A stretch of 64,000 nt of DNA. It comes from Ptychomitrium polyphyllum. Its lineage: Eukaryota. Positions 25,541 through 39,359 of this stretch are shown here, piece by piece. Position numbers and translations under genes: made by a program. Where the stretch lies: positions 1,612,001 to 1,676,000 of the forward strand of contig OZ316775.1 of the NCBI GenBank assembly GCA_973851085.1, read 5' to 3'. The notes beneath the pieces are model-generated. The model did not search any database. It had not been told where the DNA came from and was given only the letters and a program-made list of their open reading frames with translations. Positions within the stretch are counted from its first letter, which is position 1. Each line of letters starts with the position of its first letter.

Positions 25541-26999
25541 CTCCGTCATGCTGGATCTTGGTTTGAAGTTCTCTGTAAGTCTTTCGTAGCTATTTGTCTG
25601 CTTTTGTCATTCATACGGTTTTTGTTCTTTTAATTTCTTCTTACCGTATATTCCTATTGCAGCTATGCTCGGTTTCTTAATGGTTGATTGGCTTCCTTCA
25701 TCTTTTAAGGAGAGCATAACGCAAATATATTAGTTGTAGAAGTGATTCGCGAACATGTTCTTGCTGGTAGAATTGGGTCGAATCCTATCATTGGATTGGG
25801 ATTGAGAGTAAACACAGGGTGTTAATACACTAAAACATCATCTCGTACCTCGTCTATTCTTTGTCTTTCAACATCAGTACTTATACATTTGCTGTTTTTA
25901 TTTACGCTTATAGTTTTGTAATTGGATCTACATAGCATTGTCCAGCTGTTGATGGGAGTATTTTTATCATGTTTGGTAACTAGTTGCATGTTTCACTTGG
26001 GTATTGTTTGTAGTAGACATGGCACTGTTGGTTGTGTCCCAAAACTGGAATATATTGGATATATTCTCCCTGGTTCCAATTTTCCAAAGATTTTACTTAC
26101 TGCTGTTGTCTAATGTTACATAGTGCATTCCTGTGTGTTCTTTCTTTTTAATTTGATGTGCTATGTTGGCAGATTACAGGAGGGCAGCTTTTGTATATTT
26201 CTTAGTGCTGCCTCATGGACAGGTGATTGTCGCATTTGCACATTCTGCTTGATTGGCTTGTACTTGATGTTTTCAAGTACACATATTTTTCCATCTCAAA
26301 AGACAGGTGAGCCTTTCAAGTGTTACATAGGATCAGAACGTTTAGCAGTTAGCTACTGTTGCTATTGTGCATTTCTTGTGACATTACAATTAAAATAGTG
26401 CAATTAAAACGTGCAATTCCAAACAGTTTCTACTAGTGAAGGCTGCCTTCTATGTTTATGAGTTCTAAACGTTTTTCATGATCACTATGTGCAGGGTCAC
26501 GATTGTGATATAACTTCGGTAATGCAGCTCCATCAAAAATTGAAATACCACTTTATAAGCACTCATGAAACGAGCAGTAACCAGAGTAGACTGATTGTAC
26601 AGTGATATTTGAGTCCGATGAAGTGAGGAGTCCCCTCGATCGCTTTCCTGTAGAGTTTGCCGGTCTTAGTATTAAATTTTGGAATAAAGGACTCAACAAG
26701 CTATACGGAACATTATGATACAAAGTACCAGGGTTTTTGATTCTAGTCATACATTTAGCATGGTTGGTCTGCTTTTGGAGTGGATTCGCACTCTTGACCA
26801 TTCACCAGTGCCCAGACACTGCTGGGAAAGTGAAGATTTTGGTTTTCCCATTATCAATTTCCATCACTTAGCACCCTACATATAGAATATGTCTGTTGGA
26901 ACTGGAGGTCACTTAATTGAACTAGGGGCATGCTAAATTAAGTAAGAATCAGAGACAATTTACATTATGCCTGTTAATTGAGCGGACAGAGAATTCTAC

Positions 27000-29280
27000 A
27001 CTAAAAAAGGGCCTTCAATAGGGCCTTCAATAGCCTAAAAAATCAAATTGCCTAACAACATGATTTATCACTAGAATGATTAGAATGATTTTTCAACTTT
27101 CATATGGTGATGGATACATGTATTATAATTACCTATGGAGGTATTGTCAAAGGCATAAAAGAAGATGTGAATTTAGTATCATTTATGAATAATTGTGTAG
27201 AATATTAAAATATTGATATGAGATCATGTAATATTCCTGATTAGTGTAGCAATTTGATAGGTCAAGAATAAAAGTTTGTTCATAAGTCCTTTATACTAAA
27301 GGCAAACTATCAAAAGGCATTGGTTGATAATATGCCTATATGGTAACATTTTTTGTGATTAAGGCAATAAGAGTTTGTTTGTTTGTGCAAGACTTCTCTA
27401 CTACAACAATGGTGGACCAAACTTTTTTTAAAAGAAGAAACTTTTTTAAGCTCAAGGTTTTTTAATTAAAGTGGTTGTTTTGACTTAAAAATGAAACAAA
27501 TGTTTTATTCCTTTTGTCTTATAAAAAAAATAAAATTTAGTCTTAGTCAACAAATTATTTTTCAAGGTATGATAAGCATCACTAATTATTTATAGCCTCT
27601 CATCACATTATTTATTACAATTCTTGATTCAATTGTTAAATCAACTATAATTTTCTTTTACATCTAGTAGATTCTAAAACAAGTCATTTTAAAAAAATTG
27701 AACTCTAATAAAGACAAGTTGCAAATGTTGTGTTCATTAGAATATAATAACATTGGAAATAACATATTGAAGTTAATTAATATTGCCAATTTATAGATGA
27801 GAGCCATGTTAATGGTAGGATCATGGCTTCTAAATTTATTATGTGGTGATTCTGATTATAAGTGCAAAAAGCCACTATTTGTATATTTGAATAAACTTTG
27901 ATTTTATCATCTTGATCAAAATTAAAGGAAGTTTATCTAATATCTTCTTGATTCACAACCATAGTACAAACCATCTCTAATGGTGTGACATTGAGCTTCT
28001 AAAAAACAATTGGATCATATTTAATGTTGAAAGTGAAGTCATTTTTAAGAATAGTAAATTTCAAGAATAAATAGTTCATAAAAATTTATAAAGATGATGA
28101 TGATGTTTACTTTCAAAAAACATTTCATATTAACAAAGATCATCTAAAAAGAATTATCAAGATCTTTTTAAAAAATATATATATGTGTATTTTATTATAT
28201 GTGTATGTATATAAAATCAAATTTACAATGTATTCAATTCTATAAAACAAAAACCTTAAATGATGTCATTAACATAACTTCATAATCATGGTGATTAATT
28301 GATAAAGTATCAATCAATAAAAGAAATAGAAGAAAAAAATTGGCTACTTCAAAAAGAAAATTTTACATGAGGCATATTTTCTTGTTACATTTTAGACTTG
28401 TGACTATATGACATAATGTAGGTGTATAAACACTACTCAAAATAAAGGTTGATTAAGACATATTTTACAAACCCGACCATTTAATTTTTTTAAGGTGGCT
28501 ATTTGGAATAACTTAGGTAATAAATTTATACAATAATTATGTAAGTTTCAAAAATTCTTAAAACTTAAGTAGCATATTTTAGCCAACTTAAATAAATAAC
28601 TTCCTTATGCTATGGAGGGCATTACTTTAAATGTAAACCAAAAAGGAGTATTAGCTTTTTCCAATCAAATTTCTTAATAATTTATTATATATTTCGTACA
28701 TAATAGTCTATTCATGTTTCTTGATGATTTTAATTGTTTTATATTTTTACAATATTATCATATGTCATTGTGCCAAGTGTTCATTACTACATACCAAGTG
28801 GTGAATTATATTGAATGCAAATTAATTTTATAAGCAATTTAAGACCACCTGCAACATATGTTCCAAACCAACAAAACAAAATCTTATTATTTATATAAAA
28901 TTGATACTTGAAAATACCATCATTAGAAGCACATAGAAAAATCACATACAATAAGCACAAAGACTTTAGATTTAATACTAGATGACCAAACTACATCTCT
29001 TGCAAGCATGCTATTGTATGAAATTTAAAAACTGTCATGATATTTTGGAAGTTTAATGGACTTGATTAAGCATATGTAAATGATTTTAATAAATTAATGC
29101 CACTCAACTCCAAAAATTTAATGACATTCTTCAAACTTATGGAACATCATGCTTTCAAGGATTGTAGTGCTGTCATCTACAATCAAAAGTTAGTTTTTTT
29201 TCTTGCTACTCAATGAGATTTTTCTAATGTGCTTCCAATGATGTTATTTCTAGATAAACAAAAAAAAAAAAATTCATTTT
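27000..29280. mobile_element. AT-rich, CpG-depleted block, probable decayed transposon remnant (family not identified)
   Basis: Almost no CpG. Minus-strand frames at about 27100-27420 and 27780-28080 read as protein-like text with scattered stops. A 12-bp tandem duplication (gggccttcaata x2, 27009-27032) sits at the left edge. Confidence 0.4.
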
Positions 29281-30695
29281 ACCATTATGATGTGTGCAGT
29301 GAAGATGCCCTAATACCTGTTTTTAGAGCAGAGATTCAATGTACAGTTGCAGGTTGCAGTCAAATGCTGAACCATCAACCTGTTTATAAACTAAACTCTG
29401 TAGCTGCACATGGTGGACAAACCACAGCTCTAATCAGCAGACACTGCACGTGTTTCAGTTCAGTTGCCTCTGATCACAATGAGGAACATTCAACACTTCC
29501 TGGATCAACGTTGTCCAGCGGCGCCTTTCCACTTGGGCTCGTCAGTATGGCACGAGACATGACAAAACCGTCCCCAAAAAGCGCAGGCCCCTCACACTTT
29601 TCCAAGGAAAGCACATGCTCCGCAGCGCATGGAGAAACACATACAGAAAGTCCCGAGTCCTCCACCACCACCCATTGACAAACCTCCCATGAATGATGCA
29701 CCACAGTGTGGTAGTGGACTCCATTGGACTCCATTGGGCATCCATTGCTGCATAGAAGATTCTATTCCAGGAGACGGGGTTTTCTATCCAACCACCTTCT
29801 GGTATGAAGTTTTATCCCCGTGGCATGAAACCCACTGATACCAACATGGAGCACTGCAGGGAACCGGGGCGAAGCTCCTGTGCGTGAGGCCTGACGAGGC
29901 TGGAATGCCATATGGCAAACCTCAGGTGTTGCTGCAGGTCTTGTCACCTGTACGAGTGGTGGTTATGCGGAATGCCCCAGCAGATATTTGACACCATCCA
30001 AGGTGGCACAACACTCCAAAAACCTGCCACGCTGACCGTAGAAATGTTGGATTAGAGAGCTGTCCACTTGTCCTCTTCTGACGGGCACCAGGTGCATGCC
30101 ACCTCAACGGACACCGTCCCCAATCAGGACCTGGGAACCGCCGGGGAACGCCTCGTACCCCGGCGGAACTACACAGGGAGGTGATATTTGCGGTGAGAGC
30201 GAAGGGAACGAGTGATGAATGTATGCTGAAAACCGTCGTGTAGTCCAAACCCGCCTCCATCTATACGTGGTTTACAGTAGATGTCTAATATCTACCATTG
30301 AGGTGATTTGTGACTCGTCGGCGTAGAGTGTCAGTTTCGTGTATGCTTCCCCCGGGAGGTTCTTGTAAAGCGACAGTCCACGCAGAAAGGAACACCGGAC
30401 ATCTGGATCGTAGATTTTTCTGAGGCGACTGTACGCGAGCGGTAGATGAGCCGAGGTGTGGGGAAAGTGACGCTTTTTTGCGAACGCAGGCAGTGGGGAC
30501 GCGAGGGGAACGCGATGAGCAACTGTTGTCATCCCAGAGCGGAGCGCTCGTTGCAAGTGAAGCTCTTCGTACCACAGCAGCGCCGTCGCCATCGCCACCA
30601 CCCTAACCCATGTGGAGCATTCCAAGGTCGCTCCGTTTTAGTAGAAGAGTGCAGTGTGTGGTGAGAGAATCGCATACAGCTTTGTAGCATCGGAA

Positions 30696-30928
30696 ACGGT
30701 TGAGAGACGAGGGAGAACGGAGGCTGCAAAGGGTCCTTTGAGAGCTTGGTCTTGCTGAGGATTTCTTGGAGGAAAGGAAAGGGTGTTCCATTCTGTTAGA
30801 GGATTGAAGTGGATGGTGTGAGAACCGGATTCAGCTTTGGAGTATTGGACACGGTTGAGAGACGAGGGCGAACGGAGGCTGCAGAGGATTGTTTGAGAGG
30901 TTCTTCTGCTGGGGATTCTGAGGAAAGG
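30696..30928 (+). repeat. Imperfect ~80-bp direct duplication in the 5' leader region of the AGPase gene
   Basis: acggttgagagacgaggg(a/c)gaacggaggctgca..tttgagag..gaggaaagg occurs at 30696 and again at 30851. Confidence 0.8.
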
Positions 30929-31290
30929 TTGGAGGAGTGGAGATTGCTTTGCTTTGCTTACCTTGAGGAAAGGAGGGGCTTTTGCATTGTGGAGTTCAGT
31001 TTGAGGTCATTATATTTGTCGAGAATACTCGAGGAGAAATTTGTGAAGGGACAGAGTTTTGGTGTTTCTGGAAAGAAACGGTGCGGGGCTGAGAGGGGCT
31101 GTATGAGAGCCTGTTGAAATCCATGATCAGAATCTCGGTGAGGTGCTAGTTTGGTGATTGAAGTCTAGAGGTGAGGATCTGGAGGATAAGTGAGAGGAGT
31201 TTGTGTTTTGGTGGAGTTTCTTTCAGGTGAGAGTGGATTCAGTACTCGGTAGAGGGTGGACGTTGGATTGATTTGGGAGGAGTTGGAAGA

Positions 31291-34200
31291 ATGGCGGGGG
31301 CGGCGTGCATTTCGTCTTCCCATTGTGCAATTGCGGGGGCAGTAGCATGCAGTAGCAGGACGCAGCAGCAGCAGCAGCATGGGAGTTACAAGCTTGCAAT
31401 GCCGTCGAGTTCTTTCTCTGGAAACTCTGTATCGTCCTTTTTGCATGGTGGAATATGCAGCTCGCTTCGTACTGGTGCTCGCTCGACGCCTACACGTAGG
31501 CGCGTTTTGAAGTCGAGGGTTGTGGAGTCTGTGCTTGCAGAGATTGCTGAGGAGAACGTGGTATGTAACCCCAAAAATATACGAAATTACGTGCTGCTCT
31601 ATTGAAGTTCACCCCAGGACATGCGAAAGTTTCTGCATCTCTTTTCTATGCCTGATTTTTTAATATTTTTTCAATTGTGTTTTCTTTCGGTTTGTTCACG
31701 TGTTCTATGAGGGAATTTCAGACGGGGGAACCTAAATTTTATTAATTAAGTCTGTAGGGAACTTTGGGGTGCTTCTCTATATTTTATCTTACAAGTGAAG
31801 TCATTCCTTCCTTGTATTGGTTCTGAACTCTGGCCTGATCTAGAGATTCAACTCCGCGTTGAGAATATGGTAAAACGGTTTTTGCTGACTTTACTGCTGG
31901 CATGACTGAGGCTGTTTTTTGCTTGAATACGTTATTGTAGAGTAATCATGTAAGAATCAAAACTCGAGTTTTCGGTTGAGATATTGTTTGCACGTACAGA
32001 CATCAGATGTTAGTTCCTTTCTTCCGGAATACATGCAATTTTGTACAGAGGTATCGAATACGGTGAATGAGTTTGAACACTCCGCATGACGATCCTGGTT
32101 TACAACGTCTATCTGTTGTTTCGATTGGAAGGTGCCTCAAGGTGCGTCAGTGAAAATTCACGTAGAACCACCCAGGTCTATGGTTTGCAGATTGTCTAGG
32201 ACTTTGGTTCTCTTTTTATATGAATTTTGGGTCCTAGCATAAGTCATCCTATGAGTAGCAGATTTCGTAACTTAGTAACTTGGTCGGTGGAATGACGTTG
32301 TTCTTACACAATACCATAATAATGAATTCTCGCATCTCAGTTTAGATTTACAGTTAACAAGGAAGCTGATATTAGCTTAATAATCTTAATCATTTCATGG
32401 TTAAATTGTATTATTACAGCTGTTTGATCTATGATTTGAATACTTCGTCAATGAAAGTAAGTTTAGGTGGATAAGTCCATCAGGTCGTATTCTGGATGTT
32501 ATCGTAATCGTCCGCTTTCTGCACTGCAAGGCTTTCAATGGATCGTCAGGTCTTGGTAGTTGCGTGCAAGAAAATAGAGTGTACTGGACTTTCGGCATTC
32601 GAGGATCTAGACATAGAGGAATGTTCTACCTAAATTATCAGTTTAGTTGTTGTCAAATGCATCCAAATGATTATGTTCACTTTGATTGGCATTTATTGAA
32701 CTTGAAACCTTTGATTCTTGCATTGTGATAAAACTGAAACACAATCGATGTGATGGGAGCTGTGTTATTAAGAAACATGGAAATAATTTCACATGATGCA
32801 CGAACGTTTATGGACTTTGTATATGGTGATGTAGGAATCACCACCTGCTCAGAAGTCTCGTGTGGAAGCTCGCACAGTAGTATCGCTAATCCTCGGTGGA
32901 GGAGCAGGGACTAGGCTTTTTCCCCTCACCCACAGAAGGGCCAAACCAGCTGTAAGTGCTCCTAACCCCTTTGCCCAATGCTTCTAATTTTCATGAAACC
33001 ATACTAGTGTTTACAATTAGTCCCAATTGCAATGGTATAAAACCTCGCGTTTTCAATGATATAAAACTAAACTGGAAACCAAACCTTTATAGTTCGATGC
33101 TTGCTTCCGCAGTCAATATTAGTAGCCAGTTCTGAGGGGAACTGAGGCGTTGACACCTCGGATTGATATATCGTATTAGATTCCACTATTTTTGGTTGTT
33201 GTACCTGGGCCTGCAACAGGTTGCCCTTTATCCAATGGATTCTCTATAACTCGTTTATAATTTTATACAGGTGCCCATTGGAGGAGGATACCGGCTGATC
33301 GATGTACCTATGAGTAACTGCATCAATAGTGGCATCAACAAAATTTTCATCCTTACTCAGTTTAATTCGGCTTCACTGAACCGGCATTTAGCAAGAACCT
33401 ACACTTTCGGAAACGGAGTTAATTTCGGAGATGGATTTGTTGAGGTATTGGCAGCCACGCAAACACCTGGAGAGGCTGGTATGAATTGGTTCCAGGGTAC
33501 AGCCGATGCTGTTCGGCAGTTTACGTGGCTTTTTGAGGTACGCAAAACACGCCCTTGTGTTTGTGAGTTGCGTGTCCTAATAATTTGCTCAAGTACAATT
33601 TAGGTTTATGGATCCCACATTTTGGAGAATAGATGGAAAATATCTCTCTGAGTGTTTTGGAGTAAGGTGGACGCATTAGTGATCAGATAATTCTGTGTTC
33701 GTTTTAGGATTTGGAATATATTTGTGTAACAATAAACTTTCGTTTACATTTTTGAATTGGAACAGGATGCCAAGAACAAGCAAGTGGAGCATGTTCTCAT
33801 CCTCTCTGGAGATCACTTGTACCGCATGGACTACATGGATTTCATTCAGGTTAGCGTTGTTGTAGCATAGATATTATTTCTTTTGGTTAATTTATGTTCT
33901 TTGTAGTTCATAACGTGATGTATTATTAGCAGGTCTTGTCGTAGCCCGCTGCCAAGATTTTGTAGTATTGTTAATTGAAATGCTCTTGAAACGTTGTTTG
34001 ATTAACCGATGCTTCATGCCTGACTGGAGTCTGTTTCTATGTTGCAGAAGCACAAAGATAGTGGAGCTGATATTACCATTTCATGCGTGCCAATGGATGA
34101 AAGGTATATGCTTTTATTTTTATGATGCATAAATTTGAGAATCTATATCGTATCGTTAAGTATCTTTAAAACTTTGATCTCCGAAAGTGCTAAATATTTT

Positions 34201-37184
34201 GGATGGATTAAAATTTTTACAATCATTCCAAATAGTGGGAGGCTAGAATTTGAATTTTATCTACGCATCAAACTTCACTTTTAGAGATATGTTTTCCATC
34301 AAGTGAAGCTATTTCCGTTCCTTATTGAATTATTGTAGAGTTGTGTACATTTCTATTGACATCTTGACCTCATTGTTTCCCACTTTTTTACGAATATTGA
34401 TGTTGATGGCATTCATTGGGGCTGGTTGGCAGCCGTGCGTCAGATTATGGATTGATGAAGATCGATGACAAGGGTCGAGTCCTTTACTTTAATGAGAAGC
34501 CTAGGGGAAAAGATCTAGAGTCCATGGTATGCTTTGCGTACCTTAATCCTCAGTTGGTGATTAAATTTGGTGACTAAATTTGGCGTACTGAACCGCTTAT
34601 GAAAGGCCTCTACATGTCATGATTTTCCCAGTCTTCAGTTATTAGAAGGCGTAGTCTTCTCTATATGTGTCATGGTAATTAAAAATTCAGCATTTTTTAT
34701 TTGTTTTCGTAGCAGTGAGAACTTCATATGCCTTACTGTTCTGTTAGAAGTCGAAACATGTGTGAGAAGTGAAAGCACTCACATGTGTGTATATATTAAT
34801 ATCTTGTAAGAATGGTAATTTTAGAGATGATATTTCATTACACGGGAAAATTAACGGAAGTGATTTGCATTGGACTACAGCAAGTGGACACATCCGTATT
34901 GGGCTTGTCACCTGAAGAGGCAAAGAAAATGCCCTACATCGCATCTATGGGTATATATGTCTTCAGAAAGGACATTCTTCTGAAGCTTCTCAGGTGAGTG
35001 GAAATTGTTATAAATACCGTTTTTGGAATGACTCATTTTTTAATGGTTTGTATAGTTGGAAGTTTGTCCTCAGAACCTGATATGCTGGGGTGAATCAGAT
35101 GGAGGTACCCAACATCCAATGATTTCGGCTCAGAGATCATTCCTGCAGCAGCGAAAGAGTACAATGTTCAGGTTTGTTCCGAAACCTGGAGAGTATGTTT
35201 GACGGCTGCAATCGATAAAATATGTTCATATCATTCACAAAACGTTCTGAAGTAGTAGTGAGATGGGAAACATCATTCTCACAATTAGAGAATCGATGTC
35301 TTCTTCGATGCTATACATGTTTGCGACAGCTGGATAAGGGTTTGCGGATTATTGTCTCATTGTTGGGCTTATTCTTTGGCAGGCGTATCTGTTTAATGAC
35401 TATTGGGAAGACATTGGAACAATCAAGTCTTTCTTTGATGCTAATCTGGCACTTGCAGCTCAGGTAACGTTATGAGTTATTACAATCTTGATCTTAAAAT
35501 TTCAAATGATACCTTCTCTCTTTCCTTTCACCGGCGTGTTAGTGCCTTACGTGTTACACTTCAGATGAGTACTGAGTACAGATGATGTTTTCATCGAAAT
35601 TGTTTTCATTAAGAAAGTATAGTTACAACACCGTGATGCCTAGAACTGTACCTTGCTAGCCATTGCTGTTTGACTAGAATGAGACGTGAAGCTTTTCTGA
35701 GTTTGTTACAATATTTTCATGATTTAAGAATAAGATTGGATCTTTTTTTCCTTATCAGCAGGATATCATCAAGTAAATCCGCGTTTTTTCTCTATTTTTC
35801 ATCTATGAAGTTTGACTGATCATACCCTTCTGTGATCTTTTGTTTAACAGCCTCCGAAGTTCAAATTTTATGATGCACATAAGCCAATCTTCACATCACC
35901 CCGCTACCTACCACCTACGAAAGTGGAGCAATGCAGGGTAAGCTGTTACGTCTCGAGCCAAATTTTGCTAGTGTTCTGACTTCCGATCATGGTTAAATTT
36001 CAATTATTTATTTGTATTACAATATGGAGACAACTAAGTCTATGTCAGGGACTTGGTCCATGATCAATGGATATTACACACTGTTGTTCGAAAATTATAC
36101 AATTGTTGCTTTAGTTACTAGCTGCACTTTGTCGTGAATGTGTTTATGAGACAACTCAACTTTTGAACGAATGCTATCCACTGTTGATATTAGTTTGAAT
36201 GCTAACAAATACTGTGTGATGCAGATTATAGACTCTATTGTGTCTCATGGTTGCTTTTTGCGGGATTGTAAAGTTGTACATTCCTTGATTGGACTTCGAT
36301 CACGTCTTGAATCTGGTGTTGAAGTTAAGGTAAATTACCACTGGCCATGATATACTTTCACTTGCTTACGTTTTCACCTGTATTTTATGCATTGAAATCT
36401 TCTCTAGAAGCACTTCGGATTGCTGTGGTATCCGTTATCTATTTGGATTTAGTAGAAATGGCTTATCAGTCTAACAATTCGGATCAAATTTTGTAATTTT
36501 AGTATACCTTCTGCATTAATACAGTATGACAAATTGGTTCAATGATCTATGATTTGCGCTCAATGATACTTGATACTGTTCAGGATACAATGATGCTGGG
36601 AGCAGATTACTACGAAACTGATGACGAGCGAGCTGCCTTGATTGCTGCAGGGAAGGTGCCCATGGGAATTGGTGAAAATACCAAAATTAGGTACAGAAAG
36701 AAAGTTCGATTAGAAATTTTGACTGAAGATACTTAGTTATTGCACTTCTATATCTCTGATTTGTAACGCAGTTCTAATTTCAATTGGCAGATGTCGATAA
36801 CCGGCTAGTAAAATTATTGGTGTGTTTTGCAGGAACTGTATAATTGACAAAAATGCCAAGATTGGGAGGAATGTTGTTATTGCCAACAAAGACGTATGAA
36901 ATTCTGTACTATTTACTAAGAATTATATTGATATGACCATGTCTTTTTGTGTTAGAATGTCCTAGGACTTGTTTTGGCTTATGCATTGTGTTTTTGATGC
37001 ATTGATTGGTCTGAGTTTGGTCTAGTTTGGTCGTTATTTAAATCACCCACTTAAAACTCGTAGCGCTCTTCTCTTTGTGCAGACTGTTTTTGAAGCGGAC
37101 AGGTCCAAAGACGGATTTTACATCCGCTCTGGCATTGTCGTAATAGGGAAGAACTCTGTTATTAAAGACAACACAGAGATTTAA
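31291..37184 (+). CDS. APL: ADP-glucose pyrophosphorylase (glucose-1-phosphate adenylyltransferase) large subunit, plastid
   Basis: Transit peptide in exon 1 (31291-31560). Motifs [146 protein letters not shown] and [24 protein letters not shown]. Many GT-AG introns. Confidence 0.96.
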
Positions 37185-38453
37185 AGTCACTGCTCTGAAT
37201 GAGAACCCTCTGCTTAACGGGGTTGTCAGATATGCCCACCGTGTATCCTTCATCTTAGTCTTTCTTATCTACACTACATAGCAGTATTTGCTATGACATG
37301 GAGTGAATATTGTGGACAATGGGGATGGAAGGTTTGGCGGTGTGCAAGAATCGGACTGGGAAACACGGAAACAATGTCTTTTCTAAGCTTAGCGGTATCC
37401 CTCTTTTGAACATAGACTCAATACTAGGGGGCTGCTGGACATGCTATACTAAAAGCTGCAAGAAGATTCTCAGTTAGAATTCTTTGTATAATAAATCATT
37501 CCTCTCTTATGCTCTACTACTTCCATGCCCTTCATCTGGCGTCCTTCAAAAACCTTTAAAGATGTATTCTACTATCATCCTGTAATCAAACAGTGTACAC
37601 ATTATTATTTCGTAGTTCAATATTCTGTTTAACAATTCTTTGACTCGGTTAGATTGTATGGTTGCTTGTGAATTATGGAGCTGCCGCAAGTTGAAGATTG
37701 ATTTGAAATTGGTAGAATATCATCTGCAGAACGTCGTCTTTCATGCCAATCAAGTCAACACTTACTTTTAATAGGTTATTTTCACATTTATGGAATCAAC
37801 TTCACTCATTTCTCAGGTTTATCGGAATGCAATGACTATTGCAGCCGTAATAAAGCATTGTAATGCAAGATTTATAGAAAGCATTCAAACTTTTGAATGC
37901 AATGATTGTTCATCTTACTTGTTGCATCCCAAAACAATGCCAAATCTTAATGGAGAATATCAAACAAGCAGTTGCCAGTCTCAAGGTTGCGAAACAGTAG
38001 AAAGGGAATCCAACGATGATGGAAGCATGGGAACAGGTCGCCTTTCGTGCCAGTAGCTTGGGTTCAAGAGCAAGCGACACGCAAAGCCTATGATGAGAAC
38101 ACGGTGCAGGGGATCGAGTAGCAGGGGAACGACGGTTGAAGGAACCCACGGTGGAAGGGCCGTCTCTCTCGCCGTGCAGCCACAGCAGCGCGCCACTGGG
38201 CGCAAGGGAGGACGAATCTCGTCACCAATTTCGTCAGAAACTCAGTAGCAGGGCAGAGCAGCAGCATCTCGCATTCTCACCGGTAGCCATGAAGGAGCGT
38301 CCGCGCCTTCGACACTTCACCCGCATTCAGAGTCACGCTTCCCAAACCACTCTTTGCTCACAAATTCGTCGACAAGAACACACTCCAGTGCGAACCATTA
38401 GGGGTTCGAGAGGACACTAGCTTTGTTTGTAGAGTCCCAAGGGTTTCAGTGAA

Positions 38454-38462
38454 TTAGGGTTT
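38454..38462 (-). promoter_or_regulatory. Telo-box (TTAGGGTTT) in the 5' leader of NFU
   Basis: Exact TTAGGGTTT about 45 bp upstream of the NFU ATG. Confidence 0.5.
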
Positions 38463-38507
38463 GAAGCCTTTGTTTTTTTTTGGTTTCCTCTTGGAAGGGG
38501 GGAAGGA

Positions 38508-39359
38508 ATGGCGACATGGATTCGCGCCGTGCAGGTACTGGGGAGGAGGGTGGGAGTGCGGCCGATGGTGCAGGAGGGGGAGCGGGTGGCGGCCAGGAGG
38601 TTGATTACGAAGTCAGCGAACAAGGATGGGGGTTTGGGGGTGGGTGCTGTGGGGGTGATGCATCAGGGGTGGTCGTTTTCCGACCGGAGTGGGCTTGACG
38701 GATTGCTGATGCCATCGGTGGCGCAGCGCGGACTGCAGCGGCGGGGTATGTTCATTCAGGTGGAGTCGACGCCGAATCCGCAGTCATTGATGTTCTACCC
38801 GGGGAAGCCTGTGATGGAGGTCGGGAGTTCGGACTTTCCTAATGCGCGCGCGGCGATGGCATCGCCCTTGGCGAAAGCCTTGTTTATCGTTGACGGTGTC
38901 GTGCGGGTTTTCTTTGGGGCTGATTTTGTGACGGTGACGAAATCGGAAGAAGTTTCGTGGGATATTCTGAAGCCTGAGATTTTCGCTGCTATTATGGATT
39001 TTTACTCCACGAAGCAGCCGCTGTTTTATGACGCACAGTCGCAAGCGTCGGATACTGCTATTAACGAGGACGATGATGAGACGGTGGCAATGATCAAGGA
39101 ATTGCTGGAGACTCGGATTCGTCCTGCTGTGCAGGACGATGGAGGTGACATTGAGTACAGGGGGTTTAATCCGGAGACAGGAATTGTGTCGCTGAAGATG
39201 CAAGGGGCATGCAGTGGGTGTCCGAGTTCAGCTGTTACTCTGAAATCCGGCATTGAGAATATGTTGATGCACTATGTCTCGGAGGTGAAAGGGGTTGAAG
39301 AAGTTCATGATGGGGATACGGACGACGAAGGGGAGGTACAAACGAGTGAAGCCGGCTAA
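38508..39359 (+). CDS. NFU4: NifU-like Fe-S cluster carrier, mitochondrial type (NFU4/NFU5-like), single exon
   Basis: Arg-rich presequence ending RRG/MFIQVESTPNPQSLMFYPG, an Nfu N-terminal domain, and the NifU C-terminal domain ELLETRIRPAVQDDGGDIEY..LKMQGACSGCPSSAVTLKSGIENMLMHYV (CxxC). No introns in the CDS. Confidence 0.96.
   Translation: MATWIRAVQVLGRRVGVRPMVQEGERVAARRLITKSANKDGGLGVGAVGVMHQGWSFSDRSGLDGLLMPSVAQRGLQRRGMFIQVESTPNPQSLMFYPGKPVMEVGSSDFPNARAAMASPLAKALFIVDGVVRVFFGADFVTVTKSEEVSWDILKPEIFAAIMDFYSTKQPLFYDAQSQASDTAINEDDDETVAMIKELLETRIRPAVQDDGGDIEYRGFNPETGIVSLKMQGACSGCPSSAVTLKSGIENMLMHYVSEVKGVEEVHDGDTDDEGEVQTSEAG

Noticed and set aside
30272..31117. 100-120 aa ORFs upstream of AGPase
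   Set aside because: They lie in the promoter and 5' leader, overlap in several frames, include a local duplication and have no recognisable motifs.
38784..39253. Antisense ORFs over NFU, and similar ones over the PIN-like and C2-GRAM exons
   Set aside because: Reverse-strand shadows of real coding exons.
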